Assembly: GCA_036172245.1 (NCBI GenBank)
Contig: JAYWIR010000001.1
Coordinates: forward strand, 806,001 to 870,000
DNA length: 64,000 nt
Reading direction: 5' to 3'
DNA from: Raillietiella orientalis
Lineage: Eukaryota
Part shown: positions 23,501 through 37,399 of the stretch, one piece after another
How the letters are laid out: each line of letters begins with the position of its first letter
Numbering within the stretch: position 1 is the stretch's first letter
The notes under the pieces: generated by a model
What the model was told of the DNA's origin: nothing
The model's database searches: none
The model's input: the letters and a program-made list of their open reading frames with translations, nothing else
Translations under genes and position numbers: made by a program

Positions 23501-25393
23501 ATACTGGCAATTTTCTTCATATTTTAACTGTTGATCTTGATTTTTTAAAAGGCCGACTGGATGATCAAGATCAGAATGTAGCACCTAGGTAAACGTCGCA
23601 AAAAAAAAAAAAAGTCTTTAATGTATCTTCCTGTAGGCTTCCCGATTATGTTGAAGATGATTCAAGATTCAGCCATTTCAGTGTACCTCTCAGTTTGAGT
23701 ACATCGATTGAATCAGAGCTAACCATACCATATTCTCCAGGGACAGAAGCCAAGTAAGAATCGTCAGTTCCTTTGCCTGTGCTAATGTCTATTATAGATC
23801 ACCATTTTGCATACAGGATAGAGATATTCTCTCTCCTATATCTTGCAATTCTGAGGAGTGTTTTGTAGATGAAATTGCAAGGCACAATAGCCTGGAAACT
23901 ATGAATCGATCTCTTTTGTGTCTTTCCGTTAAAAGCAAATCATCATCAAGGCAGATAGGGAAATGTACTGCATGCATAGGAATTCATCCTCGATTGTCCC
24001 CATCACATTGTCATAGTTCCTTATCTGTTGCAGCACGTCCATCAAGTTCAATGGCTGATAAGGAATATGAATTTCGAGGAGAAGGGGCAGATGAAACTCC
24101 ACCTGTTCATGAAAAACTTAGTGCTTTTCGTAGGCGACGTCTCGCCGATAAGAAATATGAATTTTCTGATGAAAATTCTGAAAACTGCGTGCCCATATTT
24201 CGTAGTCGCTCTCAAGATATGGATAATTATGTCAGGGATACTGAATTGAGTTCTGATATAGTGTGGAGAAATGCATTAGCGGATGCATGCAGTAATGATG
24301 GTGACAAAGTGTTGCGACCAGTCAATCATTATCATACCAATCGGATAACTTCATTCAAGGAAAAGGATGGCCCCAAAAACTGTCCAATTGGTTTGACAAA
24401 AAGGAAACACGAAAATTTCCCTCCCTCAAATGAAGGATCTCAGTGGGTAGTCGAGTTCTTACGTCAGTATGTTGAAGTAGAAGATGAGCTGTTATCCGTG
24501 ATCACAGATGTTGAAGGTTGGAAATACAGTGTTTTTTTTGTTGTTTTTACATCATTATATTGTTATAGATGAAGATTTCGTATCTGGAACAGGATATCAT
24601 CATGCCTTGCCTCTGGAAGTGCATGGCAGTGCCTATAATCAAATGCAAATGGTTTCAAAAAGTAAAGCAGAGAGACTGGTAACCTTAACGATTATTGTGT
24701 GCACGGGTATCAATTTCATTTCATTTCATTTGCAGATCTGCCCCTCGGTACTAGTCAGGCAGGTTACATTGGATGTGGAACAATTTTGTCATGAAGTAGC
24801 AGAGAGTATTTGCGCTCAGGCTGGAAAGAAGTATTGGTTTTGTGTTGATTTCGATGTTGAGATTATTGATGTGAGATTACATTTCGCATCTTATATTTCG
24901 TGGCATCACATATTATAGATTTGGCCGGATCCTGCTGAAGTGATGTGTGTTGCTGTTATGGTTTTGCAAGCTACAAATCGGGCCAGAAACCAAAAGTTAG
25001 AATCACATGAATTGATTATTTTTTTCCAACGGTTATGTTCTAGGACTTCTGGGAACGGATCACCAAGAAAACAATATCAGACATCCTTTCAATTCGTATG
25101 GAGGATGAATACAGGACATTATCAATTGGTGGATACAGGAGAGCTTGTAGAGACAAATGCTACACATCCCTATGCAGATATATGGCATCCAGCAAAGGAA
25201 CTAAGCAGTGCCTTACGCAAGCAGTGTTGCTGGAGTGCTCTTACGGACACGGATGTTCAAGTAATGACCAACGTTGCAGAGCTCCAAGGTATTTTCACAT
25301 AAAGTTTGTGACACCCTATTAACCATAATTTGCATAGGAATTTCACTGAGAGTGATCATGAATGCTGAGCACCTTGTAGCCGTTGTTATTTAA
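20564..25393 (+). CDS. DCAF15: DDB1- and CUL4-associated factor 15 (CRL4 substrate receptor)
   Basis: Exons 20564-20614 and 20868-20986, then a run from 22893 to the stop at 25391-25393. FKKLPSRLVFKL..GHIFLGFSRCGQFLISYT, YRLHWW, CLQHALTVHTSYDVVRPFPKFYP and QVTLDVEQFCHEVA match DCAF15. Start exon inferred. Confidence 0.9.
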
Positions 25394-25425
25394 ATGAGGG
25401 TGCTTAAAAATACCAATCATTATTC

Positions 25426-26998
25426 TCATGTGTTCTGTAACATCCCTTCCCATGCTGCAAGACACTACAAAGTGGCAATAAAATTTGTTAACTTGAAGGT
25501 CAACTCACCTCTTCATACATGGTCAGCTGACTATCAGCATAGCTCTGCAATGCAAGAATAAAGTCTCTGTCCTTGACAGATCGCCATAGTTCCAGATCTG
25601 CTCTTATACTTGCATTAGCCACTTCAGTTTGATCAGCACTTCTGCTGACTTGCATCAACAAAAAACTTATACGGTCATCCAACTTTTGTAACTTTTCTCT
25701 TCTGTCGTCCGTAGAATTCCTTCCTAACAAGGAATTCCAAGAGTAATTTGGATTGCTGTTAGCCAACTGAAATACAGAAATGGATGACAAGTACTAAGAT
25801 GACATTCCAAACCTGTTCCCTGTCTCTTTTAGCTCTGTTTAGATGTGCAAGAACCCTGTCATGATGTGCTTGAAATGAAGAACATCTTTTAAGAGTATCT
25901 TTCAGAGCATCTGCGTATAGAATGTATTCTCTTATTACAAGCACAAAATTACTAGCTTGTGCCTCTAACATGTTCAGATTGGCCATTTCACAAAGCTTTG
26001 CAGCTTGACCCACAGCTTGCAAAGTAGAGCTTAGCTCTCCCTCTAGATTCTTCCACTGGTTCATGATAAAGTGTACAGCCATCCAGTTTTCTGCATAACC
26101 TGTAGCAGATTATTATTCAAATAGGCTTCAGAATTTCAAGCACCTTTGCATTCTTTGTTATTCCTGTAAATAAGCTTCTCTAAATTTACTAAAGATTCCT
26201 TAAGTTTATCAGCATATGTACTGGTATACTGAAATTCAGGACAAATAGCATGTGCTACTGTCAAACCTTGCAATGAAAGTGACAATTTATCTAAGACTCT
26301 GGAGCTTGTCTGTTTGCTTTCAGCAAATTCCTACAACTGATACATTGCTTGAATCAAAAAAATAATATCACCTCTGTTTCAAATGTGAGAAAATCATGTA
26401 AATTCTTGTCGTAAGTCAATATTGGATGTGACACTACCCGGCGGAGAAAACTATTAAGTAAACGCATCCGCTCTAAGATGAAACCTCGGCCATAGCGATC
26501 CAGTTGTCCTTTTAAGCTATGCTTTTCTGGCAATGGCTGAGGTCAAGGCATAACCTCCAAAAAGTACATGCTATATGCAGCCTACCGGAATAATGTGTAA
26601 TGTGTGATTGTCAACTAGTCGTTCTCTTAACCAAACAAAATCATTGTATCTCCTCAACACGGTATATTGATGTTTAGCATAGTCGTCTCTATTAGACTGA
26701 AGCAGACAAGAAGTCTACTTGGATGTGCTGTACCCACCTGACATTGAATACGATATGTCACATATGTTTCCATGATTGTGACTTGTTTCTCAGGATTGTC
26801 TAACTTCACCCATAAGCCTTCCCTTGGTCTGGTGTTTGTCTTTATGCTACAGTTCACATTATGATGACCAGTTGTTGAAGATGCCTGGTTGGCTGCAATA
26901 TGTGGAGAAAATAATTCCTGATTTGTTTGTAGTATGCCAGCACGAAGCGGATCTTCAATATCTGTCACCTCTTGAACATGTATTTTTATCTGGTCCAT
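25426..26998 (-). CDS. PX-BAR sorting nexin, SNX7/SNX30-like, 6 coding exons
   Basis: VKLDNPEKQVTIMETYVTYRI, VLRRYNDFVWLRERL, IIPPLPEKHSLKGQLDRY, RMRLL..FL.RVVSHP; BAR region REYILYADALK..ADLELW; ends CLAAWEGMLQNT*. Confidence 0.92.
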
Positions 26999-27132
26999 GT
27001 CTGCTGTTGGGTAAGTAGGTCACATCATGCATTTCATGCAAATAACTTGGGACTGGGAGGTTCGTTACACCCCAAGACAACCGACAAAGTCGGAGTCTCC
27101 CTGCCAATCAGTACAGTTGAATCAAATCCACC

Positions 27133-27138
27133 TTTATT
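27133..27138 (-). promoter_or_regulatory. Putative AATAAA polyadenylation signal of USP36
   Basis: AATAAA on the minus strand, 40 nt downstream of the USP36 stop. Confidence 0.5.
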
Positions 27139-27178
27139 CTTTCAGCCTGCTTGATGATTATTTCAAACTTTTCAATTT

Positions 27179-30100
27179 TCATCTAAATTTGCAATGAAAG
27201 GGCTGAAATGAGTTCCACTGCCATCGTCTGTGGTCATTTTGATTTCTGTAATTCTGTACAACTTGAAAAGAACTACTAATAGATTTCCAGCGTGACTGTT
27301 CTTTATGTTTTTTCTTGAATTTTTTAATCTTGATACACATACATAGAAATTTTTAATGAATACAACTTCTTACTTTGCTTTCACTCATTTCATCATCTGA
27401 ATCCTGCTGGTAGTGACGCTTCTTTTTAAAATGCGTTTCCCAGTCCATGATTCGTTCGAGCAAAGGTGATTCTTCTTTTTTCCCTTGCCAAACAGGCACT
27501 ACACCAAAAATTATGAGCTCATGTATCAATACCAGGGAAATGCGCTTACTGTTATTTGTAAGACAACGTCTGTTTCCTTCCAACAATTTTTTAAACATGT
27601 GCATTCCCTTATTACTATCAGCAGGCTTATCCCATTTTAGGTCTGCAACATTCACATTTTTCCTGTGATGATTCCTGATAAGATTAAAAATTATCTTGCA
27701 AACTAAACTTTGTACTTATCATACCGTTTTTTCTTTTTCTTTTTCTTCTTTTTGTGGTGCTGATGATTTACCAGCTGTTTTTCATATATCACTTTGTCTT
27801 GGCCAGACTCCTTGTTTTTCATTACAGTTTCTGCATTTTCCGTTGGCATTGAATGATCAACTGAATCAGTTGAATTGTTATCGAGACAGGAGAATGGTGG
27901 TTTGTTTGTTGACGTACTCTCATTACACTTGATATTGGCAATATTCACTTCATTCTTCTCATCACATTCTTCACCACTATCTTCAGCATAAGGTACAAGT
28001 TTATTTGGCATGCTTCTTCCCTGAGATAGTATGGTAACATTACAAACACGCTGTTTTGGCAATAGAGAATTCAGAGCATTCTGACTGGCTGTCTGTGATT
28101 CACTGAACGCTTCTTTGGATGACACCTCACAACTACTACACAAAATGCAAATATTGCAGTTTTATTATATCTCTTGCTTACCTGACAGAACTCTGTGATG
28201 TATTATTCCATTTACTTTCAAAAGGCGTAGCTGTAAATAACAAGTCAATATGTATTGATCAAAATATGTTTACCTGGCCTTTTGCAGATCTCACTTGTAT
28301 TCTCTGTAGTTGGTAATCGTTCATAAAGAAGTATATATGCAGCTGGCTGTCCGAGAACAGTAGTAATAGGAATTGGATATACCTGGACGTCCCATAATCC
28401 CCAGTACTTGTTATAGATAAATTCATTACCTGGCAATCATCAAACTTATAAAATTGCCCAGTGGAAGTTTCTGCCATAGCAGTATAATGTCCACAGTTGG
28501 GACTTTGTCCAAGATGACTGACTACTCCAATTAATTTGTATTGTAAACTAGCACTCGTCAAATTTGTTAGATATGGTGATAAATCAATGATTCTTTTGAA
28601 GTTGATAGGTCTGCTCACTTTACCCCCAAAACAAGTGAATCTATGTATTATAAAACATAAACATGGCAATTACAACCCTATACAAGATATGTACAGCTTA
28701 CCTCTTCAAACCTATGATCAAAATTGCTGGTGCTTTTTCCAATGAAAATTTTTTGATCGCACGCACCTTAATCTTACAACGAGGACAAAAATATGCATTG
28801 TCACCATCTAATTGCTCTTTCTGGAAATATAGTTTCAAGCAGTCTTCCAGATCGCTAAGACCTGGCCTTATGTCAAGCAAAATATCTTCAAAATGTTCCC
28901 ATGTATTGCTTTGGTGTTGGCAACGTAGACATAATACTATAAACAAAATACTCTAGAATTGTATTATTAAAATATTTACCTTGGGACCTCATGTACCCGC
29001 CAAATATAAAATTCAAGGGTGTAGTCTCTTTGCTACAGGAGTCTAATCTAAAAGAGACTTTATTCCAAAGTGTGCACAGTACTTACTTGCATCCTCCTTT
29101 GCTCTGAACAAAACATCGTTCCATAGACTCGATAAGGTGACGCAAAAATTCGTGTGCATCTTCTTGCCGTCCAGGAATGAAGGTTTTACAAATCCCTAAT
29201 CAAGATTTTTTTTTCAAGATCCAACAGATATGCTTTACATACACTTTAATTGCTTGAAGATGTGAATTGGCCTAAATATTGAACCTGATTTGAGATTACT
29301 ATCTTTCATAGTTTGCTGCATGGCACAAATGATGCACTGTTGAAGAATGGATCCTTGAACACATAAATAAGCAATAAAGAAAAACATACTTTTCATGTCA
29401 TTATTACCCTTGCTCTGGCACAGTTTGGAATGTGTATTCTCATTTAACCAATTAATAAAAGGAGAACAATGAAGCAACACCTGAAAATAATTGAATTCAT
29501 TTTTAATTCGACTGAGCTGTGGATTTTGTACTACAGTATGTTAAATTCATTACATCATTCGATTGAAAGTAAGATAACGAAAAACTGCTTCCACGGACTT
29601 TAAATGCTGAAAACATACATTTCATCTATGTTTCTAATATACTAAAAATACATCTGCGTATGGAATATCAATGAAGCCAATTAGTAAACTGGTTTTGAAA
29701 TTCTAAAGACAATATAAGAAAGAACATTACAAGTGTTTTGCATTGTATGAAGATAAATACTGATTTTTCACTAAATCTCCTTAAAAAATACCCCAATGAA
29801 GTTTAGGAAACACGAGATGTTTTGGAAAAAGAAATTCAAAACCTCTAAGAATCCAGGATAGTACAAAGAAATGCAAGCTGAAATGCTTTGTTCTTTACTA
29901 AAAAAATCAAATAGGCAGATCAATTTCAAGGGATCATCCTTGAAAATATGATGCACACAATATGATACACTACAAAATAGTTATATTTTTTAATGAAGTG
30001 AACGCAAAATACTATAAGAACATACAAAACCCATCAAAAAAAAAAGAAAAACACCAGTGTTGTAAATTTAGAAACAACTGAAAAATCAAGAAGCTCATGA

Positions 30101-32146
30101 ATGCAATTCTGAAGGATCTCTTTCAGACTCAAACACTCTCAGGCAGATGTGGAACACAGATGTTAACTAGAATTGTTCTAAAATGTTTTAAGAAGTTAGT
30201 TCTTATAATACAAAATTTAAATTTAAAATAAGACATCTTCTATAAAAGGCGAATTAAAATAGCACAAAAACTTTTACAAAATAATAATGTAGCCATAGTC
30301 CTTATCTCATGAACCTTCATACTAAAGAGAATGCTGAAATTTTTGTTGCATTAAATGGCCTATAATTTTGTTAGTCCCCTTATGATAAGCTGTTAAAATC
30401 AGTATAATGATTATCTGTTACAAGTTAACTTTTTCCTGTGTTCAAAATGGGAAAACTATCTACTCTAATTGAACCTCAAAGATATGAATTGCATCTAAAA
30501 TAAAGTTCATTACAATATACATTTCCCAATAATTAAAGAAAAGTGACAATACATTACATGACAAAATGAATCCCTAAATTACAAAGCATTTTTGTATGTG
30601 AAATACTCAAATTGAATGCAAAGTTTTCTTTTGATTTGAACTTAAATTTCAATGTGCCAACCAATTAGAAATACGAACTCCTTATGTGGTTTATGGCCTG
30701 TAAGCCATTTAATTCAACAAAAATCTGGTGCGACAAAATGATCAATAAAAAAAAACATCCAGATGTAATAAAGTCTTATGAACATAACCACAACAAAGAA
30801 GTACATGGAACACAGATTATCAATGACAAATATACTTATGATAATTCACAACAAAATGTTCTTATTTCCTTGATACACACTTTCAGAATGAGGCACTTAA
30901 TGAGGAGTCATAATTGCCATACAGTTTTTCTGAACAGAATGCTGAAAAAAAAAAAAAAAATGCATTTCTAGATTGTGCAATTTTTGCAGATGAGGTAAAT
31001 CGGCATCCAAAATGTTGCTTTTCATTTGAAAAATGTCTTTCTTAAACTTTCATTTTGATAATGTTTAGAATCTTCAATCAGCATTGGTTAAAAGAGTATA
31101 CCATTAGATGCAAGAGAAGTTATGAGATAAAAAAATTGAATCAGAATAAAACTCTTGATATCTGAGGCTATTTCCGACTGAAAAGCATGAAAGAAAACAA
31201 TCAAGAAGTGTAGTTCACTATAATAATAATAACAATCAAGAATCATAAGTAGTATACCTCAAATAGATAAAAACTTTCAGTTATTAGACTTTTCTTGAAA
31301 ATTTGAAATCCCTGAAGCATGAAACATCCAAACAGGCAAAACTTTTAATGAAAGAAATGGCATAAAATTATTACTTCAATGTGAGAAAAATTTGGAGCAT
31401 TAATGTTGCTAATATGTTAATATTTAGAGAATCCCACAATGCAGAATTCAAGCTATCACACTGACTTTAGATTCATAATTATGCATGGTAAATTGTAAGT
31501 CAATATTCCTGAGCATGAACCTAATTTTGTAGAAGCAATGCAATTAAAAATGCTTTTTTGAAACCATCTTATGAACCATGTATTGCTTGTTGCAAAGTGT
31601 TTACAAAACGATTAACAAAAAAGTGCAATCTAAGTGATCAGTCTCACCCAATCATCAATGCACAAAACAAATATAATAAATCATAATGCAATAAAACAAA
31701 TGTGCCCATTATGGTTGGTTATAAATTGCAGACCCTCCACTTACTGACATACATGTAACACACACAGTAAGCTATTTTTTTGTGTCTACAAAACCACAGT
31801 TGGCATCAAAAATCTGTTGTGATCAAAAACATGGGCAATGTTACATTAAATCTTATGGATTCTGATTGCTGGTATTCAAAAAATTAAAACAATTTACCAC
31901 AAAAAAGCTGAAAGGTTTAAGAGTAGGATTTACAGTTACTTATCTTAAAACATCATTCAATATACAAAGTATTCAAAATGATCAAATAGATGCCACAAAA
32001 TTTTGGAGGCTTAAATGAAATTTAATCAGTTGCAACAAAAATGTAAATTCATTGACTGAAATTTTTCAATAAACTATGAAGCTATTACTACCCACAGCAT
32101 TTTCTAAATTTCAAGAATTCAGTCCAGAAAGTGTTATCAAGAAAAA

Positions 32147-32184
<38 letters not shown>

Positions 32185-35018
32185 ATACCACAATCAGTGA
32201 AGTATAGAATTTTATATTCTGGAGCTCTTACTATAAAATGCACTTCTTCAATAACTAACTATTTTCCAGAATTAATTAACAAAGCAAATCGAACTGTAGA
32301 TGTAGGATATGTACTAACTAGTCCCAAAAACAAAAACCAGCTTGTAGAAAACCATTTCCTGACATGTGATCACAGTAAGAATATAAAATCAATGTGTCCA
32401 ACTAAAATAATTACTGTAATGAAGACTGCATCTGTCACTCTTAATAAAAGCAATAACAAATACTATAGGAAACCTCAACTGCACTGGAAATATACAAAAC
32501 TGTATATATAGTAGTCTAATTATACTGAGTAATCATAATCACTTTAATGCCACACAGATGTCAAGCTGAATATGAAAGAAAAGAACCCAATTATGATCCA
32601 CATGTAGTTTTTAAAGGTCTGAAAGAATCCAGATAGGCACCAGATTTTTTTGCTCTAAGCAAGACATCTTTTTGTAAACAATGAAAAAGACATACAAAGA
32701 TGACAATTCTACATGAAATCATGATTAATCAATCAAATCAACTGCATTTTTGTCAGTAATTTGATTACTCACAAAAATGCTGTGATAATTCATTTGGATA
32801 GACAAATGTGGATGAATATACAGACAGAGAAATTACATAACGACATTTAAAACAACCAAATGAACAAACACTCAAAGTTACATGGATCGCAAAGCTGTTA
32901 AAGCCTGAATTTCGAATATTTCTATTTATGAAAATTAACAAGTAGAACCCGAATTTTTCAATTTGATGTAATGCCAGACATGGCTCAATTATATTTAATA
33001 TGAGCAAAGGAGTAGAACAATTGGGAAAAAAAAAAATACAACATGCTAAAATTAATATCAATGAAAACATGAAAACCCTCTGTGAACAGCAATTTGTAAA
33101 AATTGGAATAATTCCATCAATGTCCAGTATTTACACAGGTTTTTATGCATGAAATACAAAGAAAAAAAAAAGACTCAAAAGAAAATCATGACTTGGATGC
33201 TTTACATGCAGAATGCAATGTATAGTATTGAGCTATTTTGCAGAAATGAACCATGAAACATTAACCTATGGTTCCTTGACTAATTGAAAACCTGACTTAC
33301 TGTACTGACACTTAAAAGGGGCATAAACAGTCAAGAAAAACATGCAATATGTAGTTTTACAATTTTTTCCATGAATTTAGGAAAACAAAATTTATTGTGT
33401 ACTATACTGGTATAACAACCCAAACCGTTATTAGAAAATTTAGTTCCACTAAGCTATCAATAACTTGAGAAAATGAAAATTTTCCCCAATGTCTTGATTA
33501 CTGCAACTCAAAAATGCAACCTCAACATAATGACAATTAACACGGAAATGATGTAGGAACAGCTGAACACAGTAGTATTTCACCATGACAATTTATATGT
33601 AATTCTGGTTTTGAATGCATTATGCAAATGATTTGCTCAACACACTAGTAACAAACTCCTTCACTAAAAAGAAAATTCAAAGTTTACTCTTCATTTGTTA
33701 TAAATGTTGCATAATAATTAAGCAGATAATGAAACTGCTGCAAAACATAATTAATGAATTCAAAGATAAGTTAATAAACCTCAAAGAGCAATGCCATGCA
33801 ATTATTTCAATTACAATAATCCCTGATGACTTCAATTTTTGCTTCACTTAAAGCATATAACATTCACTTTATGGCTTACAGAAACTAAATTTTTGATATA
33901 TTAAAATCCTGAACAAAATTACTTCCTGTAATTACATCTTGAAAATTGAAACAAGAAATGAAACCAGCCATATTAAATGTGATTAAAACAAGAAAACATC
34001 CATCATAAAGTGGGAATAATTCAAATGAGCCTATTCCCACTTTATTTCACTTCACTTGAAAAAGATACTTTTTTGAAATAATCAAGAGATGCTTTGATTC
34101 ATGCTTACACTTGCTTAAGCACGCAAGTAGCTTGATTCAGAAGTCTAAACCTATATTAAGTAATCTTTCTACTAGCTTTCCATACAAGAGTTACTATGAA
34201 CCAAACAATTTAAAATAATGCAGCAATGATATTCACATAAAATTTAATCATTTCTTATATTTCCTGCATTGCACACTCATGACTAAACCAGTATTTAAAA
34301 ATTAATGTCACATAAAACTTCAGAACACACTTAAATAATAGACTTTACTACAAATACACTTATTAGACGTTTAACAGAATACTATACACTTAATAGATTT
34401 TACTAAAATTATGTAACCATTCTGTGTAACAAGGCTACTGAATACTTCAAGAAACTTCAGTGTCTTTAATGATGAAAAACTTTAAAAATGCTTGCAAAAA
34501 TGAAAATTTATTTTATGAAATTATCCATCTTTCTAAATTGCTCAACTTATGATTTGCAACATGGCTGAGGCACCAAAAATTCTGCAAAAACATATGAAAA
34601 CAGAATTTACCTGGATGCAAGAATTCAAATAACAAGTATTCCCAAAATTTATCATTCCAGCACCCACTGGTGTACTTTTTTTCCAACCAATATGAATATT
34701 CTTGGGGTCATATAATAACACTTTAGGGACAGGCAATGTTTCCTTTTTATTGGTATCAGGCGAATAAGCACTAAGTGGTTTCACAAAATTAACATTTTGA
34801 GTACCTGCACTTAGTACTAAGTATTTCGATTTTAAATTTTGCATAATCTGATTATGTTCTCCTTTTGCTTCTTCATATTCTATTTCACATTTTTGAATTT
34901 GTTTAACAAATGTCGTAAACTCTTCATCAAGAGAGACATTATTGCATTTCATCTTTGATGAAAAACTACTTTTTAAAGCGGATTCGATTGGATGTGAAAT
35001 AATGGTGGAGCTCGGCAT
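27179..35018 (-). CDS. USP36: Ubiquitin carboxyl-terminal hydrolase 36/42-like (scrawny-type)
   Basis: Exon 1 (35018-34611) carries the Cys box [18 protein letters not shown]. After a 5.1 kb intron come [26 protein letters not shown] and the His box [14 protein letters not shown]. The basic C-terminus ends ..[14 protein letters not shown] at 27179. Confidence 0.92.
32150..32183 (+). repeat. Poly(A) mononucleotide run (~34 nt) inside USP36 intron 1
   Basis: Directly visible. Confidence 0.9.
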
Positions 35019-35595
35019 TATGCTTTTATTTTCTTTTTTAAAACAAAGCTAATTCAATTCTCATAGTAATACATCGGTGGTAGACATATTTGTACATCAA
35101 TGTACCTCCTATCATCATTCTTTTTAAATTTTGCCATTATGATCTTTTTCACGTCTGCATACATCCTATTAACTTAAAAAACAACAACAGATTAGGAAGG
35201 AAAACTTTGCAATTTCGAAAACTATTTCATCAAAGCACCACATTTTACCCCCACCATCACTACGCGGGAAAAACAGTGAAGGCAAAATTGCAAACATGTT
35301 ACTCCTTTTCACTAAGCAACACATCCAGTTCCCGGGGTCACAAAGTGTCCAAAGCCCTGAGTTGCAAACACGGCAACACGGGAAAGCCTTTCGAATTTCT
35401 TTTGTTTCCTTCACTTGCTTTTTCCACCACCACCTCGTTCTCCTCGTGCAGGCCGCAACCCAACTTACCGTCCGAGCGTTTTCAATTACTCTACCTAACA
35501 CGTGTTTCTGCAAACATTGATGCAGAGGCGTAATCAAACTGTTGTTTCCCAACGTGTTCTCAGATAACAGACCTTGTTTTTTTTTTTTTTCTATT

Positions 35596-35645
35596 CTCTC
35601 TCTCTCTCTCTCTTTCTGTGTGTTTGTGTGTGTGTGTGTGTGTGT
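35596..35645 (+). repeat. Compound (TC)n-(TG)n microsatellite upstream of USP36
   Basis: tctctctctctctctc...tgtgtgtgtgtgtgtg, directly visible. Confidence 0.85.
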
Positions 35646-37399
35646 TTCGTTGTGTTTTCAAATTTTAGGCTCTCTCGAGGACAGCCGGGTAGGAATAAAA
35701 ATGGAAAGCCGATCCTATGCCTACAGATGTCAGGCATCTTTTTCGGTCAGGACGTAATGAATAAAAGAAACAAAAAAAAATTTCCTCCCTTTTTTTTTCT
35801 TTTTCCTTCTTTTCTTTCTTTTTTTTTTTCTTAAAGCAAATCAAACTGCGAAGGCTATCTGCAAAAACGAAGCTTTTCCATGCAGAGGGCACTCCATGTT
35901 CTCAATGCGACTCGAATCATTTCATCGCAAAAACCAAAAAATAGTATGGTTAATAGTACTAATAATAAATGCTACAACAACCATCCTTCAGGCGATGCGT
36001 TTAAACCGGTATACAAACCTATGAATATCAAAATCATTTTTGTTAGCTTTTCGATAGTAAGCTAAGTTTTAAAATGATCTCAGCCAGTGGCTTTTTCATT
36101 TCCATGGACTTTATTTGTAGAAATTTGCTTTCCAAACAAAAGCCAAGCAACTCCTTTTCTTCCCTCTCTTTCTTAAATCCCTATTCTTTCTCTTGCCTCA
36201 ATTCCTCCAAGCAAAACCCAGACATCGCTTGCAAACTGCACGGAGTAGGAACCAGTGGAAATGCTCCGTCATAGTAATGAGTACCTTAATACTCTTCGGT
36301 TTCCTCCCAGAGCAACAAACCATTTGCTGCTCTGACATCGTTGTGTACGATTATAGTAAACCCTTTGACTGACATGCCTGGCAGATGCATCAGCGACGCT
36401 TTATGTAAAGAATTTGCCGCATTTTAGATGCGACTGAAAACTTGAGAACAAAAGCATCATCCCTTTCTGAGAGGATCTACAGGGTTATGAACCAAGATGT
36501 TTACCTAGGATGTTTGCACACAAAAAGAACGCAGGATTTATTTATCACATAAAAAATGAAATGGAAATTTTTTAATAGTCAGGAACTTCCGCGTCTTTGT
36601 TAAACATGTGGTGAATTATCAAAAAGACAGTGGATGTTTAGCATTTTGCGTATTATAGTTTCTTATATTTTGGTTCATTTTTTTTTTTTTAGATTTTGAT
36701 GATGAAACGCAGAAAAGATGACCAGCAACGAATTTTGATTGCTAGGAAAAGAATCACACTGGATTCAAATCTGAAACACTAGAGAAACCAATTTTCCTTG
36801 TGATGGCAGAGTTCATCAGAAAAATTATTTTCTAACTCATTTTTGAGTAACTGGTCTACTTCTTGTCATGCTCTCCCACAGCTATGTTTAGAGCATCTTC
36901 ATTCCCAAAATAAATGAATAAAGTAAAGTTCCCATTCTCTTCATTAGACAACTGTACAATTTCCAATCCTAATACTTTACAAAAATGATGGACCCTTTGC
37001 CACGAACAAGCCTACTATTAGTCCTCATTTCCATCGCTTTCAAACCATTATCGGAAAAAATACAGTCAATGTTGTTTCATGAAGAAATATGCATATCTCA
37101 TTTGCCTTCTCAATTTATTTATTAACACCCTGAGCAATATCGTTTATAATCTCTGGTACACGATCACTAGTCAACTACCACAGTTGTCGAACCTTATACT
37201 TCACTATATGTATGATCTTGCATTTGCATACGACAAAGATAGATCGTAGAGTCCTCTTTCTGTGAGATAAGGCCCGTATCTGATAGAAACGAGTGTAAAC
37301 TTCTCCTCCTAGACAAGTCATAGTTGGGCGACAAGACTTGTCGACCTCCAGAAATATTCTTTTTCCAGAAGAATATTGCTTGAGGATAAATGGGAAATA

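Noticed and set aside
35169-35552. Cys-rich ORF (CCRVC..W..CD..W.CC) upstream of USP36
   Set aside because: Only a vague PHD-like spacing with no splice support; at most a transposon zinc-finger remnant.
36180-36500. Possible MULE transposase motif (DGAFPLVP) on the minus strand
   Set aside because: A single weak motif, not enough to call.
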